From Tubiluchus corallicola (Eukaryota; Animalia; Priapulida): 64,000 nt of DNA. The position numbers were made by a program, and so were the translations under genes. The stretch covers positions 62,001 through 126,000 of the forward strand of contig JAQGDQ010000369.1 in the NCBI GenBank assembly GCA_030141605.1. The letters are read 5' to 3'. The notes under the pieces are model-generated. The model was not told the origin of the DNA and made no database searches. It saw nothing but the letters and a program-made list of their open reading frames with translations. The first letter of the stretch is position 1; every line of letters begins with the position of its first letter. Below, one piece after another: positions 38,506-51,318 of this stretch.

Positions 38506-40663
38506 TTGTCCAGATCTCTGCAGAGAACCTCTTGTGTCATGCAGAAAAATTTTTAAAAAAGGAAAGAGACAAAAGCAACTTAGTGGTAAATTTGACAAAT
38601 GCTGAATTTAAGAAGTGTGAAGCAAACAAATTATATTACAATTAATGTAGCTTTTGACTGCCAGATTTTTAGGTTCATAGCGTAACTTGGAACGAACCAC
38701 TTCAGCCCTATGTTTATCATGTCATTTGTTTCTCTTGTGTGATTCTATCTACCGAGTCTTAACTTTCCTTCTATTTATGATAATGTGTATATATCGAAAC
38801 ATTCAAGTTGTCATTTATGAATATGTACAATTGTACATGTAATAATTTTCTATCTTATATTTCTTTAGTTGGTGTTACTTCTAATCTGTGGTATTATTTT
38901 CATAGTGATTATAATTATAAGCATTTAATTAACTATTATGATAAACATTGATTTAAGATCAACAAGTGCCAAGATCTTTTGAGCAGTGCTTAACCTTGAA
39001 ACCTTCCAAAAACTTACTGCGCTTCACTGTAAACACCTACTGCCTAGCAGTAAATGTTCTGTCACCGAGTCAGTGCTTGCACATCCTACATCTTATACAC
39101 CCAGTAAGCTTAATATTGCTGCCTTTTTTCATGCAGTGTTTGTAATTTCTTTACTTTGCATGCAGGTTTAATGAAATGCACATTAGTTATCTGTGTAATA
39201 TTCATCGTGTTGAAAACTAATCTGTCAAAAATATAAAACGTAATGAAAGGGCAAATAAATTGCAAAAATGTTCTAATTTTTGAGTGTTTTTTGTGTATGT
39301 GCATTAATAGAAAAGCTACATACAGTGATTTAGCAAAAATGGAAAAAATGCTTCTCTAGCTGATTACATAATTATGCACCTGTAGCTCAAATTTTCATAT
39401 GCAATTACCCGGGACTTTTAAAAACATTTCAGTTAAATTCATAAAAGAAACTTTATTATAATCAAGAGCAGCACTTACAGTCATCAGAGTGAGAAAAATG
39501 TAAAAATAGAAATTATCCAAAATAATTTACACACAAAAACGTGCAACAAAATCTTCAACTCATAGTCAACGTGAACAGCCAAAGTTTAGTTTTTAATGCA
39601 ATGCTAACAACTTTTTTCCTAAATAAGTAAATCCATTTGCACATTAAAGAACAGTGCAAACGTCAATTTGGTAAACTCACTTTCATATGACTCGAATGAG
39701 ATTGTTTTACACATTCGTGTTGGATAGTTGAAAATCTATCCTGGGCCAAATACATTTGACGTGCAAAGTAATTTAGTTAATAAATTTGTTACTTTTAGAT
39801 GAGAAGTTCAAAAGACAGTCTTCACAAGTGCTTGTGCATAGTTAATGTTACAAAAATGGCTGAACGACCTTATGAATAAGCAACATTTATAATACATTGA
39901 TAATTTCAACTAAGCATTCGTGATTCTAACCTGACATAAGTTGTACAGAATTTATTTAGCCTATGATACAAAATTAACATAAAACTTTACAAAGTACAGA
40001 TATACCAGATGCTGTGCACCTATCTCAGCTGACTTTAAATGCAGCTGTGCTAAATATAGCAACTTATAGGTTAAGTACTGCTTTTTAAACAATGATACAT
40101 AAAAGAAAATTAAATAGGGCATTGTCATTATTTCACCCATTATGCTAGAGATAAGCACTATTTCAACATTTTTGTACAATAAATTGATTAAGAATGGATG
40201 TATTTTTGCATTACTTTTTTACGGAACATGTTCTTTCTATCGAAGCAGAGTTTTTAAAAATTGTTCTAAAATGATTACAGGAGCCATTTTGCTGATGAGT
40301 GTTGTAAGAACAAAATGAAACATTAAAATTTTACTATTTAATATCATCTATTTGCATTTGAGAATTCTGTGTTTTATTGCTATATTTTGTGAAATTAAAA
40401 ATCTTAAATCTTAATTATATATTCTTTAAAATTGTAGTTTCAAGACAGATCATGTCACCCACTATATTCTGTCTGCCACAGTAGTGTCAACGCTTTTTGT
40501 AAATCCACAGAACTCTGACTTATCAGTGACCATGTATAGGCACTGTGGAACGGCTGCCCCCATTATTTCACTCGATATTATCGATTCAATATAACGAGTC
40601 TTTTTTCTTTAACTCTTTCTTTGTACTTGTACGGAACCAGAGCATTAGACGGAACTGTGCGTT

Positions 40664-40874
40664 TCACAGGTCCAGCACTGCACACTTACAACTCCATGCG
40701 CACGTCCAAAATAAGACAATGCACTCTATGTAGAGAGAGAACACTGTTGCTCACGCAGTGCGTGTTGTCACAGGTCCAGCACTGCGCACTGACAACTCCA
40801 TGCGCACGTCTAAAATAAGACGATGCACTCTATGTAGAGAGAGAACACTGTCGCTCACGCAGTGCGTGTCGTCA
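40664..40874. repeat. 104-bp tandem duplication
   Basis: tcacaggtccagcactg...ctcacgcagtgcgtgt at 40664 and 40768. Confidence 0.9.
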
Positions 40875-41346
40875 GTTATCACGTGGTTAAAAACCGTGTA
40901 CGGGCATTTTCTTGACTGTGATAAAGTACAGCAAAAGATATTTTTTGTTTAGAATTTCATCAAGCATATGCATAAATTTTCGTATGTTTGTTCATTTCAA
41001 ATTACACGTTTGTTACGTCTTGCACAGTATTAAAACTAATTCTAGCTACGAACCTCCACTGATTAATATCAATAATTGCATGTCCTTCACATTATGGTAG
41101 ATTTGCAGTGCAGACATCCCAGATTCATTCTGTGAACTTCAGACACTTGGGGAACAAATTTGTACTGTGTGCCTAGTCTAGTTAGAGCTAAATGGAAATG
41201 ACAATGCCCGGCCAAATTTAAACTTAATCTAGTCGATGTGCAACACAAAAATAAATGTGAGCTAAAACGAACTCAAATTGCATGATATAATAAACAAACA
41301 TCTACACCAAGTAAAACACATTGTAGACCTGCTTATACGGTAGTGA

Positions 41347-43315
41347 TCAATTAAGCATCGGCGAAGCGAAAAATTGCCTTGGCGTTCTACCACTCTTCGA
41401 ACCAAACCGGGGTGTATTAAAGACAGACTTGGCCCGTTGCCCTAGCGTGCTAGTTGATTTGCTAGGTGTCATTTGTGACGGCGTGTCGACTGGACCCAGC
41501 ATGCTGGTTAGGGCCGGGGCGGGTCGCGATTCCGGCGTGTGAAGCAGCTGAGGGGACTCTTCATTATTGTGATCTCTTCTACCTCTGTTATTATTATCAC
41601 CTCGATCATGCACATCTTCGTCGTCGCCAATATAATTGAACCAATACGACCGAGGCAACTTCAACAAACTTTCCATGACCCCGGCCTGTTTTACAGTCTC
41701 CGTCATCATCGCCATCGGCTCCAGATTTGGACCGCTGAATCCAACGATGGTCGGACCGAAAACTTTCGCCAGATTGCTGACTGTCATCTTCACCGCCGGA
41801 CACTCGGACACCTTCTGAAGATGAAGCATCATATAAGCAAGTGTATCTCTGTTGGGCTGCGGAAGCTGGTTAATAGCATGATATAACTGAGTGTCATGCT
41901 CTTTTTGTGAAGCTTCAACAAAAAAATTCCATAACTTATAGGTGAGAAGTGGCTCTTTCAAAGTCCTAAAAAACAGCTTGACACATCCACATATTACGTT
42001 TATATCTATTACGCGAGATAGATTGGGAACGCCTCTGCCACGCAAGAAAGCATCTTTTAAATCCCTCACTTCTTTTTCTGATCCAGGAACTCTGTATAGT
42101 CCTACTTCGTTAAATCCCCGATGCTCAATCTCCCTGACACAGTGCACGATTATTCCGGGCACCATCGGCTCAGTCGGCGGAACAAAATCGGCAATGGTGC
42201 CTACCATCCCGACAGAAGTCGGAGTTGTACAGGAAGCTATGCAGGGCAATGGGACATCATCGCGATGGTTCGGATGACAGGTTGCCCTGCAGTCCTTGCA
42301 CTTCAGGGCAAGTTTTCCAAACTTGATCCGCTTTCCACAAGGCATGCACGTCTCAGGTTTTATAACGGTCTTACTGGCGAAAGCGTGTTGTCTGTTCAAG
42401 CCTTTTCCAGCCGAATTCCAACGCTGCATCTTAGGAGACTTAAAAAGTTTGTTGGCCGGTGTATTCGCTGTACTAGCAGCCTTTCCCACGCCAAAGAAAG
42501 AATCATCAGAATCACTATCTTCAAAACGTTCAGCCCGAGCAAGCTGAGGCAGTCCAGGTTCACTGAAGCTTCTGTTTAGTCTGGTCGGAGCTGCTCCAGC
42601 TTTTATTTCAGACACCGCTTTGATAGGACCATCCTCTGGCATGGTTATCGTTGTCGTAGCAACAATGGAATCGTGCGCTTTGATAACCGCTTCTTCTTCG
42701 TTGCTCTTCTTTCTCTTTGGAGGAGTGATGTCCTCTAACGGTGGAGCTGTCGGTACGCTTCGCTTTTTCTGCAGCGGTACATGAGATGATGGACCGTATC
42801 TTGGAGAATGACGATCCCATTTTGTCCCATTTCGCCTGCAATTTTCTTCATCACTTTCTTCGGTTCTATCAATTTCTGAAGGTGACAGCAAACTGGCAGT
42901 TTCATCTATCGTATCCAAGTTTTTCTTTGGAGAAATGCGATCGTTAAAACCCGTATGGCTGAAGCTTGTTAAGAAGCTCAAGCGTTCTCGCTCTTGTTGC
43001 GTCAACATGCTTTTATTCCTGTCGTTCATGATCTCCCGAATCAGCGTCATTTGCCTGTCCATGTTTTCTCGTTCGGCTTCCACGCGACACCTCCTGTCCA
43101 TCTCGGTCTGAATCTGCTGTCGAGCATGCTTCAGTTTCAGCTCCAGCGAGTCCTTCTCCGCTTCGACCCTGCTGAGCATGGACCTGAGTTTTTCCAGTTC
43201 TGCTTCCGCTGCCTGCCACATCACTCTGCAGTTTTCCTGATGTTTCACAAACGAGATGAAGTCGCCTTCCAGTCCTTGCGTGAGAACTGCAGTATTCCGC
43301 ACGAGATCATCAAAC
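41347..43315 (-). CDS. RACGAP1: Rac GTPase-activating protein 1 (MgcRacGAP/CYK-4/tumbleweed), main coding exon
   Basis: N-terminal coiled coil (LELKLKHARQQI), C1 domain (HAFASKTVIKPETCMPCGKRIKFGK), RhoGAP domain with arginine finger GLYRVPG and NLAKVFGPTIVG, terminal FFASPML. Acceptor tttgcag|G. Confidence 0.96.
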
Positions 43316-43767
43316 CTGCAAAAGAACCAGCAAATGTTAAACTCGCTGCTGTATACTGAACACAACAAGTGCTCTTTCAGATTGTACATCTTTCAGAAAT
43401 TTTCACAAATAGTCACAAAATTTCATCTTTCACAAATTTTTCACTTTATACTGTCTACTTTTGCGACGACAAAAAGATCTGGCGAGTTTGGCATTATAAC
43501 GCGGTGCACTGACACATATAAGGGTTTATTGTACCATTGGGTTTATACATCAAAGTTTGATGTTCTGTCTTTAGTTTAAATTTGACTTGTAATATTGTAT
43601 TCTTATATATGATGTTATAGCGTGATATATACATGTATGTAATTATATCTTTGTAATCAGTGTGTGTATTATGTGAATTGTGATTGTAACTGCAAATACC
43701 CAATAAAATATATGCTTATATCTACTCAAATTGAGACATTTTGTTTTGTGAAAAATATGGGCGTTAA

Positions 43768-44290
43768 GTGTGGTTGGCATTGTCTGGGCGGCATTATAAG
43801 AGGGGCGTTATAACAAGGACTGAGTGTGGAACACGCAGCATTTGTACAGCATACACACAATGGCTCTACATGGTAAGTGTTTAGGTGTAGACAGTCGGAA
43901 TTGAATTACTAAACAACACTACCCGTTATTCAACATTATTGATCACAACATGGGGCTAGTGTATTTTCAGAATATTGTACTGCAGGGCTGTGATGAGGTA
44001 GTGCAATACTGGCAGGAGAATACAGCAGACTTCTCAGGTGTGCGTGTGAACGTGGCTTTAACTAGCACATAGACGCTTATTCTGACCTTGTGTTAGTGGG
44101 AGCCACTAGTCACGTGCACACCTGAGCTTATAAAAAGGGTAGGTCTGCTGTAGATCCTTGTCAGTGGTCGGTGGGCGTCTCATCTCATCGCAGCTCTGTT
44201 CGCACTTCATCAGGCTTTCTGTTTGCTCCATTCGGTAAGCTATCTGGAACAGTTATTTTGTTTGGGTAATAAATCGTCATTTTTATTTTA
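43768..44290 (+). mobile_element. Possible LTR-like remnants in the RACGAP1 intron
   Basis: A TG..TATAAG..CA block is followed by PBS-like tggggct near 43951, then a second TG-starting block with TATAAAA near 44129 and AATAAA near 44268. No TSD confirmed. Confidence 0.3.
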
Positions 44291-45084
44291 TTCATTTTGT
44301 TTTTTTTTGTCTTTGAGTCATGCCGCACGGTGTAGGCCGCGGTGCCATCCGTTCTGCCTCCACTAAAAGTGGAGAGCAGTCCAATATTTTATCCCTTGAA
44401 CAGGCAACCCTGTTACACACTGAGTGAGAATTCATAACTTTGAATAAACCGCCGTGATAATTGAATAGAGATGGCATCTTTTTCGATCACCACGCGGATT
44501 AATAAACGGGGGCAAAAAATTCTTTTAGTGTTGTTAAAGTTGCAGTGTCATGATTAGCCTTTGTAATAGAAAGACCTGTGTTTGAACCATTACGGAGGAA
44601 ATTACACTCCTTCAAGTAAGTCATTACGTTAATTTATGGAAAAACACTCCAGAGATATTTTAATTAGAAAAATTCTGTTCAATGTTTTTACCTTCGTATC
44701 TTAAGCGTTTTAAACTAACATTATCACGGTCCATTATTGCTAACATAAGTTAACGTCAGCACAAGCTACTATTGCTAACAAACTCATAATGACAGATTAG
44801 ACGTACAGAACTGAACATTCCACCCGAGCACAGAAATTTTTATCAAATGAAATAAGGTGTGTTAGGGCCGAATGCTCATTCAAGGACAAAAAAGGGGGTA
44901 CTTAAAGTAGGTTTCAAAAAAATTGCCTTAAGAAATTATATTGCTTTATAGTAATTTTATGCATATATCGTACTCGCGTTCACAGGATTTTTTGTTTGCT
45001 TTAATTTTAAATCTCCCGCAATACAATTCCGTCATATACGCACAACGTAAATCAGGGAAAGAAAAGGCAATGTTAAATTATCAA

Positions 45085-45548
45085 AAGACTTTCCATGCAA
45101 AATTATATTACTTAGATTTTCACTTATCTGCATATAAGACCTATGTAACTAGAAAAGAAAATTTTTAATTATTTAAAATGTTTTCACCAATTGGTAAAAT
45201 GTTGCTGATTCACCCTCCAGGGTGCACCACTCACTAACCAAAAACGTATTTTTAATTTTATTGACAAGATACAGTAACTTAAAATTTTACTTAGTAAGTG
45301 ACGTGTATGCTATCAACACTCTGATTCTTTTTTCAAACTTTACTCAGTGTCATCTAAACTTGTTTCAAATGACTTATCGTCAAAATGGTTGCGTCTAACG
45401 GTCATCGTGGGAGTTTAAATTAACATATTTTTTACATCGTTATTGCCGATGCAAGTCTAATGTGCAAAAAGGCAGTATGTAAGTGGTATAAAATTTAAAG
45501 ACGAATTTTTTTAGTTTTATGTAAGTTGAGGGTTTTCTTATGCTTTAA
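45085..45548 (+). repeat. Interspersed repeat family A, copy 3
   Basis: Aligns with 7024-7472; ends cttatgct-TTAA. Confidence 0.8.
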
Positions 45549-45804
45549 TGCACCACGAGTCTTGGCTACTTGATTTGTTTTTACTGCAGTACAAAACTAA
45601 ACCCACTTACAGGATTTTACAGGTCTATAAATTCCTGTATATAGTGTATTTACTTGGCATTTATTTTCTATTTTCAACTCTTCAAACGTTAGTTAAGCTA
45701 ATTAGCACTTTAAGAAAACTGAAACTTTCAATTGCGGTGGCATTAAGTGCGTTTACGTGATTAAATAAATTTTCTAAACAACAGATTAAATGAATCCAAC
45801 TCAC

Positions 45805-45836
45805 TTCACTAGCAACGACAATTTGCTTAGACTCAT
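45805..45836 (-). CDS. RACGAP1: RACGAP1 first coding exon (MSLSKLSLLV-K)
   Basis: ATG at 45836. Donor AA|gtgagt (phase 2) joins G TTT GAT GAT to give LSLLVKFDDLVRN. 32+1969=2001 nt, 666 aa. The exon acceptor is at 45901. Confidence 0.8.
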
Positions 45837-47039
45837 GTTGAATTTTGTAAGTTGTTCAGCCAGCTAAATAAGTTCTAGTCTTCAATGAGGTCAGGATCAT
45901 CTGAAAATAAAAAGATCGCATACTGTCAAGTTAACAACCGATATAAGATGTCACGATAATCATTGTTCATGACTAAGCAAAGTCAACCCTTTGTGAAAAT
46001 TGTGCTGTTAAACACATCGTCCTGGGTCTTGAGGATGAAATTTCCTCTGCATGGTATTTGGTAAAACAAATTAGATTCATAATACTTGTGGAGTTTAGGG
46101 CCTATATAAGAATATTGTTTTTCAAGACAACCTAACAAAGTTTTGAATTTTGAAAATAACTAAAGTTTTGAAACATCAATTTCACTGAGTACATAACTAA
46201 GTTTTTAAAATACAACTGTATAAAATTTCGTCAACTGGTTTCTTATGCTTAATTTCATATTTACAAAATGAACTGCAACCAAATGTATTGGCATTTTTGC
46301 AGTTATACATTCATGTACTCTAAAATTCATTTTAATATCACACAAAAACAGTTCCATGCTTCATTAAGGCAGCACTACTAACACAGCCGAACGTGCCTGA
46401 GACAGCTCAGCTTATTCAACGTCTCATCTTAGAGACTTAATCTTAATTATGAGCTAACAAAGTCCTGCTATAAACATTTACATTAAGTAACCCTGGCTTT
46501 GACTGCTAGACACCGCCTTACAGATTACCAAGCAGTATATAAAAATCAGTCAGTAGGTATGCAGAATATGTTGAATATGTAAAAGTAATGTAAAAAGTAA
46601 ATGTAAAAGTAAATGTCAGTTTGTTTTACATACACCAGCACTACACAATCCTACCTTAGCCTACAAGAATGTAGGGTGTGAATATGAGGTAAGGTAGTTT
46701 TACTAACAGGTAGCAACGAGCAGGGTCCTGACTAAGCACCAGGAGGAGAATAAACCAACGACACGCATCTGGACGGGACTTCAAGACATCATAAACGTTA
46801 ACAAATCGACCAACAATGGAGCACATTTTATTACAAATGGCTATATTTCATACGGCTCATTTTTTCAAAATTTACTGGTGATGAATTGGTGCAATGCGTA
46901 TTTTAAATTATCCAAACATCAATGACAGTGTATAAACTGCACTCATTCCGTTTAGAACAACAACATATTACAAATTAACAATATTGCCTTGCATATTATA
47001 ACACAAAACCCTTAGTTCAGAAGGTTTATATATTCAACT

Positions 47040-47330
47040 TACGCAAATGTAGCTATTCTTCACAGCAAAATCATTTTGTTTGCAGAATTTACGTTTTCGA
47101 ACTTTCTGAATTTGCCGCAGTAAACTTTAAATGGTTTGTCATTTCAACCAATCAGAAACCAGAACAAAGATTTTAAGAAAATTCGGAAACCTTCCACGAC
47201 CACAATACAACACCCTAGGATACTAACATGGAGACTAACATGAACATTAACTTGAGCTCAATGGGTCAGACTCAGCGGTAGTGCTTTTTGGGGAGACTCG
47301 ATAATGCATTACTTTGCTCATTCTAGGTAT
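47040..47330. promoter_or_regulatory. Putative bidirectional promoter region RACGAP1 (-) / FKRP (+)
   Basis: Minus-strand donor gtaagt near 47042, CCAAT box near 47149, TTTAAA (CHR-like) near 47126, plus-strand donor-like tag|gtattt near 47327. Confidence 0.35.
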
Positions 47331-49402
47331 TTAAGCTTGTAGATGCGTCACAAGCAGACAACTTAGCTTCGTTTTAATATTAATTCTACTAACCATTTTT
47401 TTTACCTTATGCACACTCACAGTTAACAAGGAGCTCCATATTAAGTCGATTTCAATAAACGAGTAATTGCTGTAACTGCACAACAGTCAGTTCTGAAATG
47501 TTGTAATATTAATTTTATTGAAATCTGATAGGCATGATAATTCTGCTTATGTCAATGTAACATAATTATTATAATAAATCTTTCAAAATGGCATGATTTA
47601 TTATTTCTTTTGTACACTGGTATTCTCAGCACTTTTATTAAACTGATATAATTTTTCTTATACAGAGCAACATGTTTACTTATAGTATGGCATATGGATT
47701 AAATAAATAAATTCAAAATTTAACAAAAGCCAGATCGAAAAGGAATTACACAACAGTTATCATTGACTAAATTAGCTCTATACTTAATACACAACATACA
47801 ACAAATTTTTAAATGTATAATTGTAAAAGTTCTCAATGCAATTGTGAATATTTTCTGTGAATTCAATAACGTTAAGATTTTGCAGCATAGCTCAAATCGA
47901 TTATTACTCTTACTTAGTTATACAAAATAGGTATATAATGGAATAAAAAATTATATGCACTGCTCTATGTCAAAATTTATCAAACTAAACAAAGCACTTG
48001 TTACTCTTTCTTGTATGGTCTACCATGCAGGGAGCAGAGAAATGAAGATAGCAGATTAATGGACATTCAGCGTAGAATCATTCCAAAAGCCATGTGTGAG
48101 AGGTAAAATTTTCAATAATTATTGTTTGCACAAAAGGTTTACCCAATTTTAATACATTTTTTTGTTTTGTCATGATAATTACGATGTTGGCGTGGTGTGG
48201 TAGGTGTGATGTAGTAGTGTAATGTAGCATAGATAATGTAGTGTGTGTGATTAGTAGCTGCATGCATAGGTGTGAGTTTTCATTGTGTGTTTTACACGCA
48301 AAAATCTTTTGCAGGTTTTGACTAGTAATTTATTATCGATTAGTGATTATAACTCCTAGCTTCATACAAAATTTTATTCTAACATATTATCATTCCAACT
48401 AATCATAAATAACGTTTCATAATTATTATTATTTTGTTTAAGGTATTCACTTAAAGTCTTTTGTTAAAACTGAATCTATATAACTAGAAAATATATATAT
48501 ATTAAAAAATGCTTTAATTATTGCTTTAATAACAGAAAGCTGACTGATTTGCTTTCCTCACAATGTAATACATGTTAGTAAGAAACTATGGCTATGTATC
48601 TGATTGTCTCGACATTTTTGTCAGCCAGGAGAGATTTAGCTTATGTTAAACAATGTTGGTGGACACTGACCATTAATAACTACGTGCACGTTAGACGTTT
48701 GACTTTCTTCTTATTATTATTCATGTGATACTGCGCATCTGACATCTATCCGGGTTTGAAACTGAGACCAAATCCTGGCCAGGTTCGTCCAAATATGACT
48801 CAGTCCGTGGTGATTATTATTATGAATACTAAAAATAAGTATTGTCGTTGTCTGTCTGTCAACTGGTAGTGTGTGTTACCTTAACTTTTGCTAGGTTCTT
48901 CAAAAGACCACAGCCTACCTGGCCCTTGACTGCAGACTCTTGCAGTCTGACGGAGAGGACGCAGCTCCAAATCAAACAGTGTGTAGAAAACTAACTGAAA
49001 GATGTGCCGTATTGACGAAGCTACTTTTTGTCGTGCAATTATTAATGAAAAAATTATCATCGCAAAGAAAACCTTAAGGCGAATTTGTTAAAGCAAGGGA
49101 CAGGTTAGTAGGTAAGTTGAGTTTTACTATGCTGTCAACCAGCTCCTAACCTTGCAAATTCAAAATTTTGATAGGCCTATCATTAAATATATAGTTGCAT
49201 TCGCAAGTAATGGTATGATTAGTAAAATGATTGAGATGGGTTAAATTGGGCTTATTGTAAGACTTGACTTGTGGAAATTGAAGTTCATTCAGTACCATTT
49301 ACACTGTTTATTTACATTCATTAATCTGCAGTGTTGAGAATGCGAGAAACGATGGCTAAAAATGTGAATGAATAGTCCCTAAAATGGCTATATTACCTTA
49401 AA

Positions 49403-50138
49403 GGCGCTATTACACTTTCGCACCGCCTAGCTTTTTATAGGTTATTACTCGTTTTCAGGCTCGTAAGTCATCATTCTATTATTCTTACGTCATCAGTGAA
49501 TGTTTCCGCTAATCTAATTGTAATTTAATAATATATTTAGGTATAATTACCAATAATTACGCTGTATTCACAGTTCTACGCCTATACAGGGCGTATCGCC
49601 ATCTTGTTTGTGTGTGTAGTCACGTGACAAATTTCGTACTAGTTTATGCATTATCAGGGCCTAGCTTAAAAGGCACGTGACACACTTTCATCTTCACCGC
49701 ATTTACGAAATAAAGAAAAAACCTTTACTTTTTTTATAATCTAATAGTAATAATACTACAGTAATAAATAAAATTAATGATAAATAACTGTAGTGGTCCA
49801 AAATAATTTCCTGCGGTACGATACAAACTTCCGTAGCTGCAACCCTAATAATCATAAATTATGCGAAGAAACCAAAAATACAGGTTAAGGGCCACATACG
49901 TCATTGCGCGAGAGCGATTGCGCATCAGTGATGTAAACACGGTTATTCACGTGCAGCTTTTAATGGCGGCTGTAGGTAAGTAATGCATGATTTTAATCTG
50001 GACTTATAAAGCGCAAGAAGCAATAATATTATGGGAATATGGTGTATATTACTCCTGTTGGTCTGCTTTCTGGCCTGCAGGCGTGAAAACAACCAATAGG
50101 CCAGGAAAAGCTAGGCGGTGCGAAAGTGTAATAGCGCC
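49403..50138. mobile_element. Mutator-like (MULE) non-autonomous element
   Basis: Perfect 33-bp TIRs (ggcgctattacactttcgcaccgcctagctttt 49403-49435 / 50106-50138). Exact 9-bp TSD taccttaaa at 49394-49402 and 50139-50147. Confidence 0.9.
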
Positions 50139-51318
50139 TACCTTAAATAGCTGTTGGTGCTAATGAATATTTCTGTGCATTTGTTACTTAAAAATGAAAC
50201 TTCATTCTGCAGCAGTGGCTTCTACTATAAATTTCTACAAGAAGCAAATGGTTATGGTATTTTTTCAGTAGACTTTACCAACCAGTTACTATTGAACTTA
50301 ATGTAATGATGTCATATTTACACGTGAGTAAATATGTATTTAATCGTTTCACAAAAATGGTTTATTTAGACTGGGTGATATATAACTCAGTGCTCATCTC
50401 ACACCAGAACTCATGAGTTCAGAGACTTTAAAAATGTTACTTTTGATTCTTCGACTAAGCTTATTATTTATCAAAATAATGTGTGGATAATGATAAATCT
50501 TGGAAATAAGTATTAAGTTACTTCATTTCTGGACTAAGTCCTAAAGAAGCTTATTCTTATTTTTGTCAGTGGTTATATTTAAACTTTTGAAGCTGTTTTT
50601 AGTACATATTAGTTCCTTAATATTACAAACCAAGCGTCATCTGTGAAATGCTGCCATGACAGAGATAATGTGGGGTTCATGACAACATAAAATGTTCATA
50701 TTCCAGAATCTCCATTCTTCGCCTATAGAACTGTAATTATAATTTGCTGATATTGTATTAAGTAGACTTTTTGCTAAGTTCACTTTTTGTTTTACAGTAC
50801 TAGATTTTTGCTGCTAACAGGTAAAAACATTGAATGAGTTCTGATAATGATATTGTCTCTTCAGTCAGTTTAGTTAATGATTGATCACGGTAGGCCACAG
50901 TGTAGAAGTATTGTAAACTGTTAGGTATCTGGGCTTGACAATTAATGATTATAAGAACTGGATACTTCTGTAAACTAAGTTCGATAGTTCGAGCATCCTC
51001 ACATTTTAGTGGCACAATGAGAATACAAGACATGCGCCGCTTAGACAAAAATGTTCACTTCATTTTTTAATTTATATACAGGCTTTGCTGTATTGCTGCT
51101 ACCCTCAAAAGTTTGACTAATTTTAAATAAATTAAATCAATAGAAATTCTGGCAAAATTGCTTACAGAAAAACTTTAATCATGGGTGAACTGCATGCTGG
51201 TATTTATTAGAAATTCGTGGCCACATTTTGTCATTCATTTGATGGCAGCACAAGCTGAGTAAACAAAGTGCTTTAATATCTGCTTTCAGATGAGGAGCAC
51301 TCAACTGTACCTAATGCC

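Noticed and set aside
41539-43579. Many short plus-strand and alternate-frame ORFs
   Set aside because: Shadows of the GC-richer RACGAP1 coding exon.
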